DNA from: an uncultured Desulfobacter sp.
GTDB taxonomy: Bacteria > Desulfobacterota > Desulfobacteria > Desulfobacterales > Desulfobacteraceae
Assembly (NCBI GenBank): GCA_963665095.1
Contig: OY762069.1
Span: forward strand, 2,880,001 to 2,944,000
Length of the DNA: 64,000 nt
Direction of reading: 5' to 3'
Shown: positions 58,693-64,000 of the stretch, in pieces
Layout: every line of letters begins with the position of its first letter
Position numbering within the stretch: position 1 is the stretch's first letter
The notes under the pieces: model-generated
The model's database searches: none
Told to the model about the DNA's origin: nothing
The model's input: only the letters and a program-made list of their open reading frames with translations
Position numbers and translations under genes: made by a program

Positions 58693-60126
58693 TCACCGGA
58701 TAATCTGGGTAGACGAGATCGTGTTGATGCCGTACTTATCAATTTTAGCATGCAGGGTGGGCCGGGAAATATCCAAGAGACGTGCAGCCTGAGAACGGTT
58801 GCCGTTGGAGATTTTCAAGGCCTCTTCCACGGCCATGGCACAGATGGTGTCTGTGAAGAATTCAAAGCTGTGGTCGGTGTCAGGATCGTTCAGGCTTGAA
58901 TGGATCCATTGCCGGATGGCATCTTCCTGGCTCAACTCCCCGTTTGTGTCATTGATCTCCTGTTTATGGATAATCTGGCTTAAATCACTCACGGACAGGG
59001 GATTGCCCCGGTTGAAGATCAGGGCTTTATGAATCAGGTTGGCAAGTTCCCTGACATTGCCGGGCCATTCGTACCGGGCCAGAAGGGCTAAGGCCTCTTC
59101 CTTGATGCCGGGGTTGTCAATGTGCAGTTCGTGGGAGAACCGTTCCAGGTAATGGGCGGTCAGGGGCTGGATATCCCCTATGCGATCGCGCAGCGGTGGC
59201 AGTTCAATGGTGACCACCTTGAGTCGGAAATAGAGATCTTCCCTGAAAAGGCCCTGAGCGATGGCAGCCTTCAGGTCCCGGTTTGTGGCGGCAATGATGC
59301 GGACATCCACGGGGATGGTTTCCTCTCCGCCCAACCGTTCAATGCAGCGTTCCTGGAGCAGGCGCAGGATTTTGGCCTGGATGGAGATGGGCATATCCCC
59401 GATTTCATCTAAGAATACCGTGCCGCCGTCCGCCTGTTCAATCTTACCGATGTGCCGCCTGGCAGCCCCTGTGAACGCCCCTTTCTCAAACCCGAAGAGT
59501 TCACTTTCCAGAAGGTTTTCAGGAATGGCCACACAGTTGATAATGGAGAAATTCTTGTCTGACCGGATGCCATGCTGGTAAACAGCCCGGGCCACAAGCT
59601 CCTTGCCCGTGCCCGATTCACCCTGGATCAGGACCGTGGCATCGGTCTGGGCCACACGGCCAATGGTCTTATACACCTTTTGCATGCCAGGACTCTGGCC
59701 CACAATGGCATCCGGGGAGTAGGTGGCAGGCTCCGCATCCACGTGAACCGGGGTGCGCATGCAGTAGCCGGCATCAATGGCCTGGGTGATCAGGTTGAGC
59801 ATTTCAGGAATGTCAAAGGGTTTGAGCAGGTAGTCAAAGGCGCCGGCCTTGGTGGCTTCAATGGCTGTGTCTGTGGTGCCGAAGGCCGTGACAATAATGG
59901 CTGGAAGCGTTGCGTCAAACTTTTTGATCTCTTTGAAAGTTTCAAGCCCGTTCATGCCGGGCAGACGCACGTCAAGAATCACCAGGTCCAGTTTGGTGGT
60001 TTTAACAATCTCAATGCCTGCTTCGCCTGAGGCAGCTGTGACTACTTCATAGCCTTCCTCAGTCAGAAGCTTTGAAAAGCTGGTTCTCAGTTGGTCGTCG
60101 TCGTCAGTGATCAGTATCTTTGCCAT
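58693..60126 (-). CDS. Sigma54-dependent response regulator (NtrC/AtoC family)
   Basis: Receiver domain, GESGTGKE, GAFTGA, FLDEIG, WPGNVREL and Fis-type HTH. Confidence 0.96.
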   Translation of the reverse strand: MAKILITDDDDQLRTSFSKLLTEEGYEVVTAASGEAGIEIVKTTKLDLVILDVRLPGMNGLETFKEIKKFDATLPAIIVTAFGTTDTAIEATKAGAFDYLLKPFDIPEMLNLITQAIDAGYCMRTPVHVDAEPATYSPDAIVGQSPGMQKVYKTIGRVAQTDATVLIQGESGTGKELVARAVYQHGIRSDKNFSIINCVAIPENLLESELFGFEKGAFTGAARRHIGKIEQADGGTVFLDEIGDMPISIQAKILRLLQERCIERLGGEETIPVDVRIIAATNRDLKAAIAQGLFREDLYFRLKVVTIELPPLRDRIGDIQPLTAHYLERFSHELHIDNPGIKEEALALLARYEWPGNVRELANLIHKALIFNRGNPLSVSDLSQIIHKQEINDTNGELSQEDAIRQWIHSSLNDPDTDHSFEFFTDTICAMAVEEALKISNGNRSQAARLLDISRPTLHAKIDKYGINTISSTQIIR

Positions 60127-61582
60127 AGACCTCTTCTCCTGCAGGCAGCGTGATGGTGAAACACGCCCCGTGACCTTGCTGACTGTCCAGAACCAGACAG
60201 CCGCCGTGTTCGCTGATAATGTTGAAACAGATACTTAAACCAAGACCTGTGCCCTCGTCTTTGGTGGTGAAAAACGGGTTGAAAATTTCATCCTGAATGG
60301 ACGGCGGTACACCCGGACCTGTATCTTCAATCCGGATGACAGCGGTATCATTCTCCTTGTTGATACTGTCCATGGTCTCGGTGATGGTGATTCTCCCGCC
60401 TTTATCCATGGCTTCACAGGCGTTGATGATGATATTGGCCATGGTCTCCTTGAGCTGACCGGCATCCAGAAGAACAGGATCCAGGGGCTCACTGCGTACC
60501 AGTTGCACAGTAACACCATAAGACTTCAGGCGCTGCTCCAGAAGGCGCAGGGCATTGTCCACCACCTGGGAAGGACTCTGGAGTTTCATGGTCAGTTTGG
60601 GAGGCCTGGAAAATTCCAGGAAATTTTCCAGGATTTTATTGATCTGACCGATTTCCGTGGATATCACGCTGATGTTTTCCTGCTGGTCCGGCGACAACTG
60701 CCTGGATCGCCCCAGGGAAAACAACCGCATTTTTATGGAGGTCAGAGGGTTCCTGATGGAGTGGGCAGTGCCCGCAGCCAGCCGGCCTACCAGGGCCAGT
60801 TTTTCCGACTGCATCAGGGATTCCCGGCTTCGTAAAAGCTCGGCATGGGTTTGTTCGGCGTTTTCTATCAACCCGTGGACCCTGTGCTTCAGGGCTTTCA
60901 CTTCATTTCCGGATACCCTGTGAACGCCTAAGTGATCCGCTTCTTCAGCCAGTTTACGGATGGGCTCAAGGATGTGGCGGGTAAAAATATAGTTGATCAA
61001 AAGGCTGAGCAGCACCACCGTGACAATGGCTAAAAGCCCTATGTAACGAAGGTGCCTGGCATCGTTCCCAGAGTCGGCCACAGTTTCATCAATGGCCTGT
61101 TTGTGCTCAGTTTTAAATTTCTCACATAAATCAAAAATTCTGAAAAAATTGGCCCGGACTTCCCGGTGAAGGGCGGCTGCAGCACCTGGATCCCCTTTCT
61201 CATAGAGCATCAGAACCCGGTCCTTGGCCGCCACATAAGTAGTATACGTGCTTTCAATCTGGCAAAGGGTCTCTTTTTCCCAGGGGGCTGAGACCAGAGG
61301 CTTGACACTGGTCAGCTGATCCTTGAACTTCTGTGCAAAATCAGCCATCTGCCTGAGCCATTCCGGATTTTTGTCCATCAGATAATAGGAGAGATACCCT
61401 TTCTGATTAAGCAAAGAGGTCTCCAATGCCTCGGCTGCCTGGTACACAGGGATATGTCTGGCCACAATGCCGGTGAACAACCTTTCTGTCTTATAGGTAT
61501 ACCAGATCATGGCAATGGTCCCCATGACCGTTATACCCAGCAGCACGGCATTTGCAAGATACACCCGTTGTTTCAGGCTCAT
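60104..61582 (-). CDS. Sensor histidine kinase (periplasmic four-helix domain)
   Basis: 2 TM, AHSIRNPL, DTGPG, FFTTK and GTGLGL. Confidence 0.93.
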   Translation of the reverse strand: MSLKQRVYLANAVLLGITVMGTIAMIWYTYKTERLFTGIVARHIPVYQAAEALETSLLNQKGYLSYYLMDKNPEWLRQMADFAQKFKDQLTSVKPLVSAPWEKETLCQIESTYTTYVAAKDRVLMLYEKGDPGAAAALHREVRANFFRIFDLCEKFKTEHKQAIDETVADSGNDARHLRYIGLLAIVTVVLLSLLINYIFTRHILEPIRKLAEEADHLGVHRVSGNEVKALKHRVHGLIENAEQTHAELLRSRESLMQSEKLALVGRLAAGTAHSIRNPLTSIKMRLFSLGRSRQLSPDQQENISVISTEIGQINKILENFLEFSRPPKLTMKLQSPSQVVDNALRLLEQRLKSYGVTVQLVRSEPLDPVLLDAGQLKETMANIIINACEAMDKGGRITITETMDSINKENDTAVIRIEDTGPGVPPSIQDEIFNPFFTTKDEGTGLGLSICFNIISEHGGCLVLDSQQGHGACFTITLPAGEEVYGKDTDH

Positions 61583-61694
61583 GGCCTTTTCTCCTTCATT
61601 TTTATCCTTTCGTCATATCATACAAAAATGGAAATGGCATTAAATCAGGGCAATTCATTCTTATAACTGGCGGTGTTAAAAAACACCAAAGACA

Positions 61695-62135
61695 TCAGAT
61701 ATCCCCGGATCTCCTGAGCAGCAGGCGTTGTTCGGCTTTACGGATCCGTTCTTCCTGTTCGTCTTTGCGGTTCCATGCATTGGCAAGTTTGGTGCTGATA
61801 TCATCAAAATCTGCAGGCTTCATCAGGTAATCAAAGGCACCGGCTTTCATGCCTTCCACAGCTGTTTCCGTGGAGCCGTGGCCTGTGAGAAGAATGACCT
61901 CCACCAGGGGGTAGGTGGCCTTGATCTCTTTTAAGGTCTGAATGCCGTCCATGCCGGGCATGCGGATATCTAAGATCACCACGTCAATGGGCGTTGTTTT
62001 TAAAAGGTCCAGGGCCTCCTGTCCTGAATAGGCCGCAGAAACTCTTTCCCCCTGGCGGGTCAGGCGCAGGGAAAACATCTCCACAAAATCTTTTTCATCA
62101 TCAACAATCAGGATTTTCACCGGTATTTTTACCAT
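61695..62135 (-). CDS. Single-domain response regulator
   Basis: LIVDDE, LDIRMPG, LTGHG and DYLMKP. Confidence 0.93.
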   Translation of the reverse strand: MVKIPVKILIVDDEKDFVEMFSLRLTRQGERVSAAYSGQEALDLLKTTPIDVVILDIRMPGMDGIQTLKEIKATYPLVEVILLTGHGSTETAVEGMKAGAFDYLMKPADFDDISTKLANAWNRKDEQEERIRKAEQRLLLRRSGDI

Positions 62136-62180
62136 GGGTTTTTCTCCTTAAAAAATTATATAAGAACTTGTCGTTTAAAT

Positions 62181-63350
62181 TTATTCAGAATGCCACTCGG
62201 GCAGGCAGAACGTGAAAGTTGCGCCTTGTCCCGGTTGTGAATCCACACGGATGCTGCCGGAAAGCCCGGACATGATCTTATGTACCACAAACAGCCCGAG
62301 TCCCGTGCCGGATTCGTTTTCCGACACATTGGGCTTTGTGGTGAAAAAGGGATCAAATATCTTTTCCATATTCTCCGGCGTAATGCCGGAGCCGTTGTCC
62401 CTGATCTCCATGCAGACCGACTGATCATTCCTGTGCAGAGAGAGACGGATCTTTCCATTGGTGTCCACGGCATCCACCGCGTTTTCCAAAAGGTTGATCA
62501 GTACCTGGCGCACTTGGAATGGATCGGTATGCATCAGCATCTGGTGTTCAGGTTCCGGGTCCCATTCCACAGAGACGTTTTTGGTCTGGGTTTTCTGTTT
62601 GATCAGCACCACTGTATCTTCGGTGAGCTGGCGGATATCCACCGGTGTCAGGTCCCGCCCGTGCTTGCGGACGTATCCGAGCAACTGGTGGGTGATCCGT
62701 CTGGCCCTGTCCACACTTTTTTCTATTTTTTCAAGACCCTTGAAAAGCATCTCTTTGTCCGGTGTTTCGCCCGGTTCTTCCAGGACCATGCGCATGAACC
62801 CGGCTGACTCCTTGATAATGGCCAAAGGGTTGTTGATCTCATGGGCAATGCCCGTGGACATGGTGCCAAGGGAGGCCAGGCGCTGGGTGTGGATCATGCG
62901 TTTTTCCAGGCGCCGCCGGAAAATTTTGTCCCGCTCCCGGGCCGCTTCCAGGCGCTTGAGTTCCCATGCCTGGCGGATTTTTCCTGCCAGGTGGTCTATT
63001 TCCACAGGCTTTGACAGATAATCAAAGGCGCCTGCCTTGACCCCTTCAACCCCTTCGGTTACAGCAGCATTGCCTGTCAGAAAAATTACCTGCAGGCCGG
63101 GATGGTATTTGCTGATGGCCTCAAAGGTTTCCATACCCGACATCCCGGGCATTTTCATATCCAGCACCACCACATCCACCTCGTTGGCACCCAGAAACTC
63201 CAGGCAGGAGGCCCCGTCCGGGGCCTGGCTGATGGCCATATTTCTACGTTCCAGGCGCCGGGCAATGGCGTGCCGGTAATTGTCCTCATCATCCACCAGC
63301 AGCACGCGGACAACTTTGCCGGTATCATTTTCAAGGGTATTGATTTCCAT
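62181..63350 (-). CDS. Receiver-histidine kinase hybrid
   Basis: N-terminal receiver, AHEINNPL, DNGSG and GTGLGL. Confidence 0.93.
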   Translation of the reverse strand: MEINTLENDTGKVVRVLLVDDEDNYRHAIARRLERRNMAISQAPDGASCLEFLGANEVDVVVLDMKMPGMSGMETFEAISKYHPGLQVIFLTGNAAVTEGVEGVKAGAFDYLSKPVEIDHLAGKIRQAWELKRLEAARERDKIFRRRLEKRMIHTQRLASLGTMSTGIAHEINNPLAIIKESAGFMRMVLEEPGETPDKEMLFKGLEKIEKSVDRARRITHQLLGYVRKHGRDLTPVDIRQLTEDTVVLIKQKTQTKNVSVEWDPEPEHQMLMHTDPFQVRQVLINLLENAVDAVDTNGKIRLSLHRNDQSVCMEIRDNGSGITPENMEKIFDPFFTTKPNVSENESGTGLGLFVVHKIMSGLSGSIRVDSQPGQGATFTFCLPEWHSE

Positions 63351-63368
63351 GGGTGTAAAAAAATTCTC

Positions 63369-64000
63369 CTAAATTAAGCCCAGGACTTTCCACCAGGTAC
63401 AGACCACACCAATCAGTATTAACAATAGTGCCGGGGTGGTCACAAGCCCGAGCTTGGTCAGGTCCGAAGACTTGAAGTACTTATATGAATAGGCAATGGC
63501 ATTGGGCGGACACCCTATGACCAGCAGCATGGCAAAGGAGGTGGCCATACCAAGTCCTAACGCCAGGATGGTGGGGTCAACGCCTTCAAGCTGGGCCATG
63601 GGGATAACTATGGGCAGAATAAGGGCTGCTGCCGCCACATTGGCCATGGCATTGGTAACAAGTGCCCCGAACACGGCCACACCCACAAAAAGCACCAGCC
63701 AGCCTTTGCCCTGGATCAGCGGGAAGAACAGGTTGGCAAAATAATCTGCCGCACCTGAATATCCCATGGCAAGGCCTAGCGAGATGCCGCCGCCGAAGAT
63801 GAATAGTGCAGTGCCCCACTCCAGGTTGTCATTAATGTCACGCCATTTCAGCACGCCGGTGAGTACCAGACAGGCCACGCCCACCATGCCGGTGACGGAG
63901 TAGTGCAGTCCGTGCATGCCTTTGGTCAACCAGGAAATAAAGGAGATGGCAATGATAATCAGCGCTTTTTTCTCAACAGCGGTCATGGGGCCTAAATCCT
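63369..64000 (-). CDS. DASS/SLC13 family anion transporter, C-terminal part (5' end outside window)
   Basis: WGTALFIFGGGISLG, TNAMANVAAAA and GCPPNAIAY. Confidence 0.88.
   Translation of the reverse strand, partial: DLGPMTAVEKKALIIIAISFISWLTKGMHGLHYSVTGMVGVACLVLTGVLKWRDINDNLEWGTALFIFGGGISLGLAMGYSGAADYFANLFFPLIQGKGWLVLFVGVAVFGALVTNAMANVAAAALILPIVIPMAQLEGVDPTILALGLGMATSFAMLLVIGCPPNAIAYSYKYFKSSDLTKLGLVTTPALLLILIGVVCTWWKVLGLI

Overview
Bacterial chromosomal window. Gene content suggests a Desulfobacteraceae-like sulfate reducer (inference). From left to right: (1) end of an acyl-CoA dehydrogenase / aldehyde dehydrogenase / SCP2 / GltS catabolic operon; (2) an LpoB-like / FlgT-like / COG3014 envelope operon, a diguanylate cyclase, an MFS pump and a cold-shock gene; (3) a four-gene operon with an exported metacaspase and three lipoproteins; (4) a ~13 kb cluster (18.5-31.7 kb) resembling the 'rSAM/selenodomain' (arsenosugar-associated) system. 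It is built around a 1039-aa radical SAM + ArsM-like methyltransferase + Cys-rich DUF5714 fusion, with TIGR04282/TIGR04283-like glycosyltransferases, DUF3047, two flavoproteins, two rhodaneses and a TVP38-FeS fusion, and is split by an AAA/DUF4143 gene; (5) a PAP2 / LtaS-like x2 / two-component cluster and a frameshifted MCP; (6) a decaying integron cassette array with no integrase in the window (43.6-48.8 kb). It has 4-5 attC sites, a brnTA cassette and two different group II introns inserted at attC sites, followed by RT/IS66/IS256 debris; (7) a TonB receptor / FecBCD-type ABC uptake operon, an IS with 13-bp terminal inverted repeats, and a sigma54 two-component / DASS transporter cluster. 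No rRNA, tRNA or CRISPR array was seen. All family assignments are from motif recognition by eye; no database search was run.
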